Origin: Dehalococcoidia bacterium
Lineage (GTDB): Bacteria > Chloroflexota > Dehalococcoidia > Lucifugimonadales > UBA1123
Direction: 5' to 3'
DNA length: 64,000 nucleotides
Assembly: GCA_965207355.1 (NCBI GenBank)
Contig: OZ242284.1
Coordinates: 40,992 to 104,991 of the forward strand
Position numbers and translations under genes: made by a program. Below are positions 26,393 to 35,430 of this stretch, piece by piece; the first letter of the stretch is position 1, and the number at the start of each line of letters is the position of its first letter. Under the pieces are notes generated by a model that was not told where the DNA came from, made no database searches, and worked only from the letters and a program-made list of their open reading frames with translations.

Positions 26393-27955
26393 ATGACATA
26401 CGACTACATCATCGTAGGAGCGGGTTCTGCGGGGGCCGTTCTCGCGAGCCGCCTTACAGAAGATCTCGGTTGCTCGGCTCTGCTCATCGAGGCCGGACCC
26501 GACTACCCCAACCTGGACAGCACGCCTTCCGACGTAAAGTATGGCTACGGACACGGGCTTGCAGGAAGGGAGATGCTGAGAAACGCCGTTGAATCCGGCA
26601 ACCGCTGGTACTTTGTCGCCAAAGCTAACGACAGGGCGGTCCCGATGCTGGTTCCTCGGGGGAAGACTACGGGCGGCTCTTCCGCGGTCAACGCGCAGAT
26701 ATTCCTGCGCGGCGTCCCTGAAGACTACGACGACTGGGCATCTTGGGGAAATGACGAATGGAGTTTCGAAAAACTGCTGCCCTATTTTAGACGGGTGGAG
26801 ACCGACACGGACTTCTCCGACGATTTTCACGGCACGGAGGGCCCCATAATCGTCCGCAGGTACAACTCCGACGAGTTGATTCCGGACCAGCGGGCATGGT
26901 ATGAGGCGTGCAGGCAGTACGGATTCGTGGACTCTCCGGATCATAACGACCCTGATTCCACGGGCGTCGGACCTTGTCCCTTCAATAACCCCAATCGTAT
27001 CCGCTGGAGTACCAATCTTGGTTACATCAACCCCGCAAGGGACAGACCGAACCTCGAAGTCATGTCCCGGACTCTAGCTAACCGCGTGTTATTCGATGGA
27101 AAGAGGGCGGTAGGTGTGGAGGTCGAAAGAGACGGCCGGACTCAGGTCGTTGAGGGAGCAGAGATAATCCTGTCGGCGGGAGCTATCGGATCGCCGCACC
27201 TGCTGCTGCTTTCCGGCGTAGGTCAGGCCGGCCACCTGTCCGAGATGGATATTCCTGTCGTCCACGAATCGCCGGGTGTCGGGCAGAACCTGCGAGACCA
27301 CCCGCAGGTGTCGCTGCGGTGGAACACAAGGGAAGGGTACGACCAGGACATCCTCGCCCCGCGATTGCAGTTTGTCCTGAAATACACCGCCGCGGGATCG
27401 CGCCTGAGAAACGATATGCTCATCCATCCCATCTCTTACGCGGGCCGGAGGCTCTATTACACAGACGACGGAGAGGGAGATCCCGGATTCGGCATGACCG
27501 CCGCGCTCTATCTCGCGGAGTCCGCCGGTGAAATGAAGCTGAGGGCCGCCAATCCGCGCGTCCAGCCTTACCTGGACTACAACCTGCTCGCCACTGAGTT
27601 TGATTTGAGCAGGATGAGGGAGTCGGCGCGAATCTGTATTGATATAGCCTCGCAGGATGCGATGTCCGAGTACATCGGGGACCTGACGGATCCCACCGAA
27701 GCGGACCTGATTTCGGACGATGCGATGGACGAATGGATTATGAGGACAGTGACCACGAGCCACCACATATCCGGCACTTGTAAGATGGGGCCGTCGTCCG
27801 ACCCGATGGCGGTGGTGGACCAGCGCGGCAGAGCTTACGGACTGGAGAATCTGACGGTGGCGGATGCCTCGATCATGCCGGACTGCATCCGCGCAAACAC
27901 CAACGCAACGTCAATAATGATAGGGGAGCGAGTCTCCGACTTCATAAGAGAGTAG
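26393..27955 (+). CDS. GMC family oxidoreductase (choline dehydrogenase-like)
   Basis: 520 aa. 'YDYIIVGAGSAGAVLASRLTED', 'GGSSAVNAQIF', and C-terminal 'HISGTCKMG' with 'VADASIMP'. Confidence 0.9.
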   Translation: MTYDYIIVGAGSAGAVLASRLTEDLGCSALLIEAGPDYPNLDSTPSDVKYGYGHGLAGREMLRNAVESGNRWYFVAKANDRAVPMLVPRGKTTGGSSAVNAQIFLRGVPEDYDDWASWGNDEWSFEKLLPYFRRVETDTDFSDDFHGTEGPIIVRRYNSDELIPDQRAWYEACRQYGFVDSPDHNDPDSTGVGPCPFNNPNRIRWSTNLGYINPARDRPNLEVMSRTLANRVLFDGKRAVGVEVERDGRTQVVEGAEIILSAGAIGSPHLLLLSGVGQAGHLSEMDIPVVHESPGVGQNLRDHPQVSLRWNTREGYDQDILAPRLQFVLKYTAAGSRLRNDMLIHPISYAGRRLYYTDDGEGDPGFGMTAALYLAESAGEMKLRAANPRVQPYLDYNLLATEFDLSRMRESARICIDIASQDAMSEYIGDLTDPTEADLISDDAMDEWIMRTVTTSHHISGTCKMGPSSDPMAVVDQRGRAYGLENLTVADASIMPDCIRANTNATSIMIGERVSDFIRE

Positions 27956-27959
27956 AGGC

Positions 27960-28021
27960 TTGTCAGTTAACAATTATCAATTGAAATTGGAAATTGATAA
28001 CTGATTACTAACGACTGACAA
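27960..28021 (+). terminator. AT-rich nested hairpin after the GMC gene (possible terminator or repeat)
   Basis: Outer stem ttgtcagt/actgacaa and inner stem ttatcaatt/aattgataa. No clear U-tract. Confidence 0.3.
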
Positions 28022-28088
28022 ATGCGTTGACACCCGTTTAGGGTCGGCATAGAATTGGTCTCACTTAGTCAGGAAGGGGATCGAAGCC

Positions 28089-28652
28089 ATGCGGGAGATG
28101 TCCATAGACAGCATCCGTGTCAGTCTTCAGAACTACCAGAGAGTGGTTATACTTAAAGACAAAGACTCGGATCGCTACCTGCCCATCTGGATAGGAGCGA
28201 ACGAGGCTGACGCGATTGCGGTGAAACTCCAGGAGGTGAGCGTTCCTCGCCCGTTGACACACGACTTGCTGGAGTCGATAATTCAGTCGCTGGGTGCGCA
28301 GGTCAACCATATACTCGTTTCCGACCTCAGCGACGATACTTTCTATGCCAAGATAGTTCTGCAGCACGACGGTTCACAGACGGAGATAGATTCACGCCCG
28401 TCGGACGCCATAGCTCTCGCGGTCAGGACGCAGGCGCCCATATTCGCCGCTGACTCGGTTGTGGACAAGGCCGGTGTTCGGATGGACCAGGACACCGGCA
28501 AAGCGGTCATTTCGACGGAAGGGGAGGAAGACGTCAGTCGTCCTCCGACCGAAGAGGAACTCAAGAGCCTGTCGGCATTCAGCGACTTCATAGACTCGCT
28601 GGACCTCGACCTAGGCGAGGGTGGAGACAAACCGACCGGCGCGGCTCGATAA
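28089..28652 (+). CDS. bifunctional nuclease (BFN/DUF151) family protein
   Basis: 187 aa. 'VVILKDKDSDRYLPIWIGANEADAI', 'RPLTHDLL', 'IDSRPSDAIALAVR'. Confidence 0.8.
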   Translation: MREMSIDSIRVSLQNYQRVVILKDKDSDRYLPIWIGANEADAIAVKLQEVSVPRPLTHDLLESIIQSLGAQVNHILVSDLSDDTFYAKIVLQHDGSQTEIDSRPSDAIALAVRTQAPIFAADSVVDKAGVRMDQDTGKAVISTEGEEDVSRPPTEEELKSLSAFSDFIDSLDLDLGEGGDKPTGAAR

Positions 28653-28680
28653 GACATCCGCGAAGCGAGGCCCGGGGTTT

Positions 28681-29433
28681 ATGAAGCTTGCGCTGGTGCA
28701 GATGACTAGCGAAAAGGCGGCTGTCGCCGACAATGTGAAGCGGATGGAGACCTTCCTGAACAGGGCGGCGGAACTGTCGGCTGACATCATCTGTTTCCCG
28801 GAGATGAATATCACGGGCTACGTGGCTCCCAGAAAATTCCCGGATGCGGTCATCGGCTGGGACGATCCTCGCCTCTATCCTCTGTACGAGTGGTCGGAAG
28901 GGATCCCGGCTTCAATCGTCGTGGGAATCGTGGAGCGCAACTCCGACGGAATGCCGTTCGTGTCTCAGTCGGTCATTATGAGAGGGAAGGTGGTCGGGAG
29001 CTATCGCAAGATCAATATAGCGTCCGACGAGGCGATGATGTTCTCTCCCGGGGCAGAGGTACTGGTAAGCGAGCGCTGCGGGGTAAAGTTCGGGGTACTG
29101 ACCTGCGCAGACCAGGACCGCGAGGACCTATTCGCGCTATGCGCTCAGAAGGGCGCTCGCCTCGTGCTGCTGCCCTCCGCTCCGGGACTGTTCGGTGCGC
29201 AGGCGAGGCGAAACTGGCGATCTGGGTACCAGTGGTGGCGAGAGACGTGCAGGAACGGAATCGGAAGCTATGCGAAGCGTCTGGGAATATGGACGGCATC
29301 CACGTCCCAGGCAGGCAGGACTATTGACGAGGACTTTCCAGGGGGAGGGTACATATTTGACGACCATGGGCGAATGGTCGCAGAGACGGAGGGCTGGTCG
29401 GAGGGAATGATAGTTGGAGAAGTCCGAATATGA
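28681..29433 (+). CDS. carbon-nitrogen hydrolase (nitrilase superfamily)
   Basis: Start taken at 'MKLALVQM' (ATG 28681). 'FPEMNITGY' carries the catalytic Glu, 'YRKINI' the Lys, and 'VLTCADQ' the Cys. Confidence 0.78.
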   Translation: MKLALVQMTSEKAAVADNVKRMETFLNRAAELSADIICFPEMNITGYVAPRKFPDAVIGWDDPRLYPLYEWSEGIPASIVVGIVERNSDGMPFVSQSVIMRGKVVGSYRKINIASDEAMMFSPGAEVLVSERCGVKFGVLTCADQDREDLFALCAQKGARLVLLPSAPGLFGAQARRNWRSGYQWWRETCRNGIGSYAKRLGIWTASTSQAGRTIDEDFPGGGYIFDDHGRMVAETEGWSEGMIVGEVRI

Positions 29434-29441
29434 ACCGCCCG

Positions 29442-30197
29442 TCAGGAGTTCCGCGGACCCGATAGCTCCTCCAGGAATCTGACGTCGTCTTCGGAGAGCG
29501 CTCCGTCGGGGAGTCTGTCAAGAAGGTCGGGACGATTGAGAAAGGTGCGTCGAAGAGATTCCCTGCGCTGCCAGCGGGCAATTTCGGCGTGGTGGCCGGA
29601 GAGCAGAATTTCGGGCACATCCCAGTCTCGAAAGGACGCGGGGCGAGTGTATATAGGGTGCTGAAGCAGGCCGGTGGTGAAAGAGTCGTTGGCGGGTGAT
29701 TCAGCCGATCCGACGACTCCCGGCAGCAGACGTGACACCGCCTCTATGATCACCATGGCGGCGAGTTCGCCACCGCCGAGCACATAGTCGCCTATACTTA
29801 TCGAGTCCGTGGCCAGGTGGTCGGCTACGCGCTCATCAACTCCCTCGTAGCGCCCGCAGATGAGCGCCATTTCAGAGTGCGACGCCAACTCCTCGGCGAC
29901 GACCTGGGTGAATGTCCGTCCTTGCGGCGTCAGCAGTATCACAGGGGAAGAGCCTGCCAGTTCACCCGAGTCCCGAATGGTCTCCACCGCCTCGAAGAGG
30001 GGGGCCGCCTTCATCACCATGCCGGGGCCTCCCCCGTAGGGATAGTCGTCCACAGTTCGGTGCCGGTCGTGGGTATGGTCGCGGATGTCGTGAAGGTTTA
30101 CCGATAGGAGCTTGCCTTCCTTCGCGCGCGCCAGAATACCCTCGCAGAGATATGAGGCGAACATCTCGGGGAATAGTGTAAGAACGTGGAAGCGCAT
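29442..30197 (-). CDS. trmD: tRNA (guanine37-N1)-methyltransferase
   Basis: 251 aa. 'MRFHVLTLFPEMF', 'DDYPYGGGPGMVM', 'CGRYEGVDERV', 'LLSGHHAEIARW'. Confidence 0.92.
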   Translation of the reverse strand: MRFHVLTLFPEMFASYLCEGILARAKEGKLLSVNLHDIRDHTHDRHRTVDDYPYGGGPGMVMKAAPLFEAVETIRDSGELAGSSPVILLTPQGRTFTQVVAEELASHSEMALICGRYEGVDERVADHLATDSISIGDYVLGGGELAAMVIIEAVSRLLPGVVGSAESPANDSFTTGLLQHPIYTRPASFRDWDVPEILLSGHHAEIARWQRRESLRRTFLNRPDLLDRLPDGALSEDDVRFLEELSGPRNS

Positions 30198-30204
30198 TGC
30201 GGGC

Positions 30205-30723
30205 CTACGGATTGGCGTGGACGCGCCAATCTCGGATCATTGCCAGGGCGTGGGGCATGGAGGCGAGAGCGACTTCCAGCGTCTCGCGGACGCCAGTGGG
30301 ACTTCCTGGCAGATTGACTATCAGACAACCGTTACGGACGCCCACGACCCCACGGCTCAGCATGGCGAAGGGCGTGTTCTTGAGAGTCTCCATTCGCATG
30401 GCCTCAGCTATACCCGGGGCTTCGATGTCTATGACGGAGCGGGTGGCCTCGGGTGTGACGTCCCTGGGACCCAAACCAGTGCCGCCCGTGGTGACAACGA
30501 CGTCCACCTCAGCCGAGTCGCACCATTCGACCAGACGGGCCGATATGTCGGACCGCTCGTCGGGGACGATGCTCCTGTGAGCCTGTTGGAACCCGGCGGC
30601 ATCCATCATCTCTACGACGGCGTCGCCACTGGCGTCTTCGGCCCGCTCTCCAGCGGATCCGGAATCGCTCACTGTAAGGACCGCAAATCTGAAATTTGTG
30701 TCATTCATATTATACTCTTCCAA
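30205..30723 (-). CDS. MogA/MoaB-type molybdenum cofactor biosynthesis protein
   Basis: 172 aa. 'FAVLTVSD', 'VVTTGGTGLGPRDVTPEA', 'VNLPGSP'. Confidence 0.8.
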   Translation of the reverse strand: MEEYNMNDTNFRFAVLTVSDSGSAGERAEDASGDAVVEMMDAAGFQQAHRSIVPDERSDISARLVEWCDSAEVDVVVTTGGTGLGPRDVTPEATRSVIDIEAPGIAEAMRMETLKNTPFAMLSRGVVGVRNGCLIVNLPGSPTGVRETLEVALASMPHALAMIRDWRVHANP

Positions 30724-30987
30724 AAATTTGTCTAATTGGTCTCAGTACACCTTGCATCCTTAATACTATCAAAGAGAAACTTGCGATAGAGTGCCAGATT
30801 GCTATTCGGGACAGGTTGATCTCGGGCGTGGCCCGTTTTCGGCATGATATAGATTTTCGACCGAGTGGAACAGGGGTTTACTCGGAATGAGAAAGGGAAC
30901 CCGGACACTTAGAGTCTCCCACCCCTTCTGGACGAGATCGTGACGTTACACGATGTGAGGAGTAGCCGATGATGGAAGAGCTAAGAT

Positions 30988-31947
30988 ATGACTAGCCTCG
31001 CAAACGAGATTCATACACCGCCGTCCGTCGAACCCGCGCATTTGTCAGTGATGGTGCAAGAGATGCTGCAAGCGCTCTCCCCTGTCGAGGGAGGTTCGTT
31101 CATTGACTGCAATGTGGGTGAAGGTGGGCACACGGAAGCGATTCTGAGTTCGGTCCGCAGTTCGAGAGTGCTTGGAATAGACCTGGACTACGACGCGCTG
31201 GCAAGGGCTTCGGAACGACTATCGAGATGGTCCGGTCAGTTGACTCTGCACCATGGCAACTTTGCGGATCTGTACAAGATAGCCGACTCCTACCATCACC
31301 TGCCGGTGTCCGGAGTTCTGTTCGACCTGGGCTTGTCGTCGGCGCAGCTAGACATTCCAGACAGGGGATTCAGTTTCAGGCACAAGGGTGAACTGGACAT
31401 GCGTTTCGACCAGAACGCCGGTATCAGTGCCCACGAGATAGTCAACCGCTGGCCTGGGGACCGCCTGGAAAGCATCATCTATGAGCTGGGTGAAGAGCCC
31501 AGGGCCGGGCGGGTCGCAAGAAGTATCGTCAGAAACCGACCGATAGACACCACGATTGAACTTGCCAACGTGGTGATAAGGGCTCTCAACTGGCCGACGT
31601 ACAGCCGTATTCACCCGGCGACACGCACGTTCCAGGCTATAAGAATGGCGGTCAACGAGGAGAAAGAGAATCTGGAGAGCGGTCTGGAGGACGCGGTGCA
31701 GGCGCTGAAACCCGGCGGTCGTATCGTCGTTATCAGCTACCACTCGATTGAAGACAGGATGGTAAAGAACTTCATACGCCGGAGCTCGGCTTCGTGCATA
31801 TGTCCGACGTCTATACCCGAGTGCGTCTGCGACAGTATCCCGACGCTCACACCGATCAACAAGAGAGTCATCAGACCCTCGATTTCTGAAACACAAGAGA
31901 ATCCCAGGGCGCGCAGCGCCAGAATGCGCGTCGCCGAGAGGATATAA
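30988..31947 (+). CDS. rsmH: 16S rRNA (cytosine1402-N4)-methyltransferase
   Basis: 319 aa. 'HLSVMVQEML', 'GVLFDLGLSSAQLD', 'SYHSIEDRMVK', 'NPRARSARMR'. Confidence 0.9.
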   Translation: MTSLANEIHTPPSVEPAHLSVMVQEMLQALSPVEGGSFIDCNVGEGGHTEAILSSVRSSRVLGIDLDYDALARASERLSRWSGQLTLHHGNFADLYKIADSYHHLPVSGVLFDLGLSSAQLDIPDRGFSFRHKGELDMRFDQNAGISAHEIVNRWPGDRLESIIYELGEEPRAGRVARSIVRNRPIDTTIELANVVIRALNWPTYSRIHPATRTFQAIRMAVNEEKENLESGLEDAVQALKPGGRIVVISYHSIEDRMVKNFIRRSSASCICPTSIPECVCDSIPTLTPINKRVIRPSISETQENPRARSARMRVAERI

Positions 31948-33333
31948 ATGACACAATTAAAACCCGCACACAATCAGTCCGGTTCGCTGCTCGGCACGGT
32001 TTCCCGCGCTCGTCCATTTGGAGGAAGACGCCGCGACCTTGGACGAATCCGATCTCAAGCGGTCAGGACTATCGTGGCCGTTGACGTAGGCGCGACGAAG
32101 ATATTCACTATCGTCGCCGAATCCGGGGGTCCTGAACGGACGCGAGTGATCTCTCATAGCATAACGCCCTCGGACGGGGTGACGAAGGGAAGCGTTACGG
32201 ACGTTTCCCGGGCTGAGACCGCCATAAGGCGATCCGTGTCGGCAGCAGTTCGCAAGTCCGCAATGCCGATTACTCCAGAGACCCCAGCGTATGTAGGGAT
32301 TACCGGGACACATGTATCGTTCCAGGATCGGTATGACCGAATTAGCTGGGCGGCTACCAAAGGCGTCATTACGCTGGACGACCTCATCAATGTTCCAAAG
32401 AGCATTGCCGCCGCCAGCGCCAGGTCCGGCAGACATGTCCTTCATGCGTTGACTCGCACCTATACACTCGATGGGCAAAGGGGGATACATAACCCCCTCG
32501 GAATGCATACCACACGGCTAGAAGTGGAAAGTCACGTCATTTCCGCGGACCCGTTTCTCGTGAGAAGGCTTACGGATGCCGCGCGCAGGAGCGGATTGGA
32601 CGTCTCTGCGCTGGTGTTCCAGCCGGTGGCAAGCGCCGCAGCCGTTTTGACAGATGAGGAAAAGGATGAAGGGGTGGCGCTGGTGGACATCGGAGGTGGC
32701 ACAACCGACCTGATTATCTTCCAGCAGGGCGCTGTCCAATACACGTCGGTACTGCCTGTCGGCGGATTCCAATTCACAAATGATATATGTATCGCCTTCG
32801 ACGCTACTTTCGAGTCCGCAGAGGCGGCGAAACTTGAGCATGGCACGACGGACGTCCTCGGCACCAGGCCGGAGGAAGAGGTGACTCTGTCCATAGAAGG
32901 CCGTGAATGGCCGCGAACCATTCTACGGCGAGACATCGCCCAGCTTATGAAGGACCGAGCCGTAGAGCTGGTGAGATTGATCAGAATCAAGATGATGGAA
33001 AGCGGAATAGAGGACACCGACGACTTCAAGGTGGTCCTTACGGGCGGTACCGCAAAGTTGCCCGGTATGGAGAGCCTTGTCAGAGACAACCTGACCAGCG
33101 ACGTAAGGATTGGCAGTCCGAACTCGCGGTGGGAGCTGCCCAGAGACCTTGAGGAGCCGGAGTACGCTACGAGCGTGGGCCTCGTTATGTGGGCAATGAG
33201 AAATCCGGACGCTTCATTCGAGGACTTCTCGAAAGTGGGCGGCCAAACTAAAGATAGCGCAGGGGACGAAGACGGGAGCGAACAAAGTCAAACGCCGCCA
33301 AGGAGCAGGCTGGGACGCCTGCTAAGGATATAA
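31948..33333 (+). CDS. ftsA: cell division protein FtsA
   Basis: 461 aa. Actin-fold motifs 'VAVDVGATKI', 'VDIGGGTTDLIIF', 'VLTGGTAKLPG'. The ATG directly follows the rsmH TAA. The N-terminal ~40 aa are unusual, so the start is uncertain. Confidence 0.82.
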   Translation: MTQLKPAHNQSGSLLGTVSRARPFGGRRRDLGRIRSQAVRTIVAVDVGATKIFTIVAESGGPERTRVISHSITPSDGVTKGSVTDVSRAETAIRRSVSAAVRKSAMPITPETPAYVGITGTHVSFQDRYDRISWAATKGVITLDDLINVPKSIAAASARSGRHVLHALTRTYTLDGQRGIHNPLGMHTTRLEVESHVISADPFLVRRLTDAARRSGLDVSALVFQPVASAAAVLTDEEKDEGVALVDIGGGTTDLIIFQQGAVQYTSVLPVGGFQFTNDICIAFDATFESAEAAKLEHGTTDVLGTRPEEEVTLSIEGREWPRTILRRDIAQLMKDRAVELVRLIRIKMMESGIEDTDDFKVVLTGGTAKLPGMESLVRDNLTSDVRIGSPNSRWELPRDLEEPEYATSVGLVMWAMRNPDASFEDFSKVGGQTKDSAGDEDGSEQSQTPPRSRLGRLLRI

Positions 33334-33385
33334 ACGGCGAACTACATCATCCACACCAAACAGTAAACAATTAGGGGGAAATGGC

Positions 33386-34507
33386 ATGACGACATATCGG
33401 GGCGATCACGAGACAGTTGCCCACATCAAGGTAATTGGTGTGGGCGGCGGCGGTTCCAACGCGGTCTCAAGGATGTATAGAGAACGTATTCCTGGCGTCG
33501 AGTATATCGTCGTCAATACCGACTCTCAGGCGCTGATACGCAGCGACGTACCAATGAAGGTCCGAATTGGTGACCACCTGACCCAGGGCAAGGGCGTGGG
33601 CGGAGTGCCGGAACTGGGCTCCAAGTCGGCGGAGGAAAGCCGCGAGGACATTTACGAGGTTATCCGCGATTCGGACATGATATTCATCGCCGGAGGCATG
33701 GGAGGCGGTACCGGTACGGGAGCCGCTCCGGTATTGGCACAGATCGCCAAAGAGTCGGGCGCGCTTACCGTGGCGGTAGTCACCAAGCCGTTCGAGTTCG
33801 AGGGACTGCGGCGCATGAGGGTTGCGGAATCCGGCATCAAGCGGCTGAGTGAACACGTGGACACACTCCTGGTGATTCCGAACGAACGACTTCATGTCAT
33901 AAGTGATGAGGAGATCACCGCGGACAACGCATTCAAGCTGGCTGACGACGTTCTTCGGATCGGCGTACAGTCCATTGCTGAACTGGTTACTGTCGCGGGC
34001 GACATCAACGTGGACTTCGCCGACGTAAACGCGATCATGCGCGATTCTGGTCCCGCGTGGATGTCAATCGGCTGGGGCATGGGTGAGCACAGGGCCCGGA
34101 CCGCGGCCCAGCAGGCCATTTCCAACCCGCTTCTCGACGTGTCAATCGAGGGCGCGAAGGGGGTGCTGTTCAACATCACCGGTGGAAGCGACCTCAAGTT
34201 GTCCGAACTCCATGAGGCAGCAGAAGTGATCCAGCGTGTCGTTGATCCCGAGGCGAACATCATCTTCGGAATGGTCACCGACCTGAAGATGGAGAACGAG
34301 ATCAAACTGACGATCGTGGCCACAGGCTTCCCGGTTGGTGAGTCCTTCGGAGAACGGCAGGACAGCATTGACCGCATACTGGCCGAGGCGCTGGCGAACG
34401 GCGACGAACACGACCTGGACCTTCCGCCATTCCTGCGCAGGCAGGCACGGGCCGCGAGTCTTCGGGCCAGCGGCACCGGAGTCAATGGGAGTAGCAGTCT
34501 GCACTAA
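33386..34507 (+). CDS. ftsZ: cell division protein FtsZ
   Basis: 373 aa. 'IKVIGVGGGGSNAV' and the tubulin signature 'GGMGGGTGTGAAPV'. Confidence 0.95.
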   Translation: MTTYRGDHETVAHIKVIGVGGGGSNAVSRMYRERIPGVEYIVVNTDSQALIRSDVPMKVRIGDHLTQGKGVGGVPELGSKSAEESREDIYEVIRDSDMIFIAGGMGGGTGTGAAPVLAQIAKESGALTVAVVTKPFEFEGLRRMRVAESGIKRLSEHVDTLLVIPNERLHVISDEEITADNAFKLADDVLRIGVQSIAELVTVAGDINVDFADVNAIMRDSGPAWMSIGWGMGEHRARTAAQQAISNPLLDVSIEGAKGVLFNITGGSDLKLSELHEAAEVIQRVVDPEANIIFGMVTDLKMENEIKLTIVATGFPVGESFGERQDSIDRILAEALANGDEHDLDLPPFLRRQARAASLRASGTGVNGSSSLH

Positions 34508-34540
34508 GCACATTATTGCCTGTACGCAATAAATTCGGGT

Positions 34541-34580
34541 AGGGGCGTGAGGAGCATAGTCCTCGCGCCCCTCTTTTGTT
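34541..34580 (+). terminator. rho-independent terminator after ftsZ
   Basis: Stem aggggcgtgagg/cctcgcgcccct (one G-U pair), 8-nt loop, then 'cttttgtt'. Confidence 0.7.
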
Positions 34581-34596
34581 CAGTGAAACACACTTG

Positions 34597-34620
34597 ACAC
34601 ATACTATATATTGCGATATT
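34597..34620 (+). promoter_or_regulatory. NrdR-box-like AT-rich palindrome
   Basis: 'acacatactatatattgcgatatt' resembles the acaCwAtATaTwGtgt-type box. Matched by eye only. Confidence 0.3.
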
Positions 34621-34664
34621 TTATCTGGACAGCCCAATAAGTTGTGGTTTTTCAGACAAAGTAT

Positions 34665-34705
34665 AGATATTTTACTAGTCTGATTTTGAGACTAGTAAAA
34701 TATCT
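34665..34705. promoter_or_regulatory. perfect 16-bp inverted repeat immediately upstream of nrdR
   Basis: 'agatattttactagtc-tgattttga-gactagtaaaatatct', ending 11 nt before the nrdR ATG. Confidence 0.5.
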
Positions 34706-34716
34706 GGAACACGGAC

Positions 34717-35289
34717 ATGCGCTGCCCGTACTGTGAATATGCGAACTCCAAGGTGATTGACTCCCGCGACTCTGGTGACGGGATCCGTCGTCGTCGCCAG
34801 TGCCTGGAATGCGAACGCCGGTTCACGACGTATGAATATGTCCAGATGCGGACGATGATGGTGGTCAAACGGGATGGACGGCGCGAGGAGTTCCAGAGAG
34901 AGAAGCTGTTCACCAGCCTTGCGAAAGCCTGCGCGAAAAGACCTCTTCCCGTTGGGACTATAGAGAAGACTCTCGATGAGGTCGAAACAACCCTTTTCGA
35001 GTCAGGCCGCGCCGAGGTGAGGGCGAGGGCTATAGGCGAATTGGTCATGGACAAGCTGCGGGAGCTGGACCGCGTAGCATACATCAGGTTTGCGAGCGTC
35101 TATCGAGACTTCAGCGATATCGAGAGCTTCAAGCAAGAGATCGATGCGCTTCTGGATTCTGGGGAACAGAGTATCAGGGTTCACCCCGACCAGATACAGA
35201 TGCTCGACGATGACGCAGCTACGCCCACCAGGCGCAGGCGCCGCCCAAGACGGAGGCGCTCCAAACATCCACAAGCCAATCCGGCGTAA
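34717..35289 (+). CDS. nrdR: transcriptional repressor NrdR
   Basis: 190 aa. 'MRCPYCEYANSKVIDSRDSGDGIRRRRQCLECERRFTTYE' zinc ribbon plus ATP-cone, with an Arg-rich C-terminal tail. Confidence 0.92.
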   Translation: MRCPYCEYANSKVIDSRDSGDGIRRRRQCLECERRFTTYEYVQMRTMMVVKRDGRREEFQREKLFTSLAKACAKRPLPVGTIEKTLDEVETTLFESGRAEVRARAIGELVMDKLRELDRVAYIRFASVYRDFSDIESFKQEIDALLDSGEQSIRVHPDQIQMLDDDAATPTRRRRRPRRRRSKHPQANPA

Positions 35290-35430
35290 GAATTGCCAAA
35301 ATTCGGTGATTTTGATCTAATTTCCCAATGCAACGATAGAATTTTTGTGCTATTATTGAAGAGTAATTGTTGATTCCTACCTTCAACCAACGAGGAAGTC
35401 GGACTTTCTCAAGTCGAACAGGAGACAACC

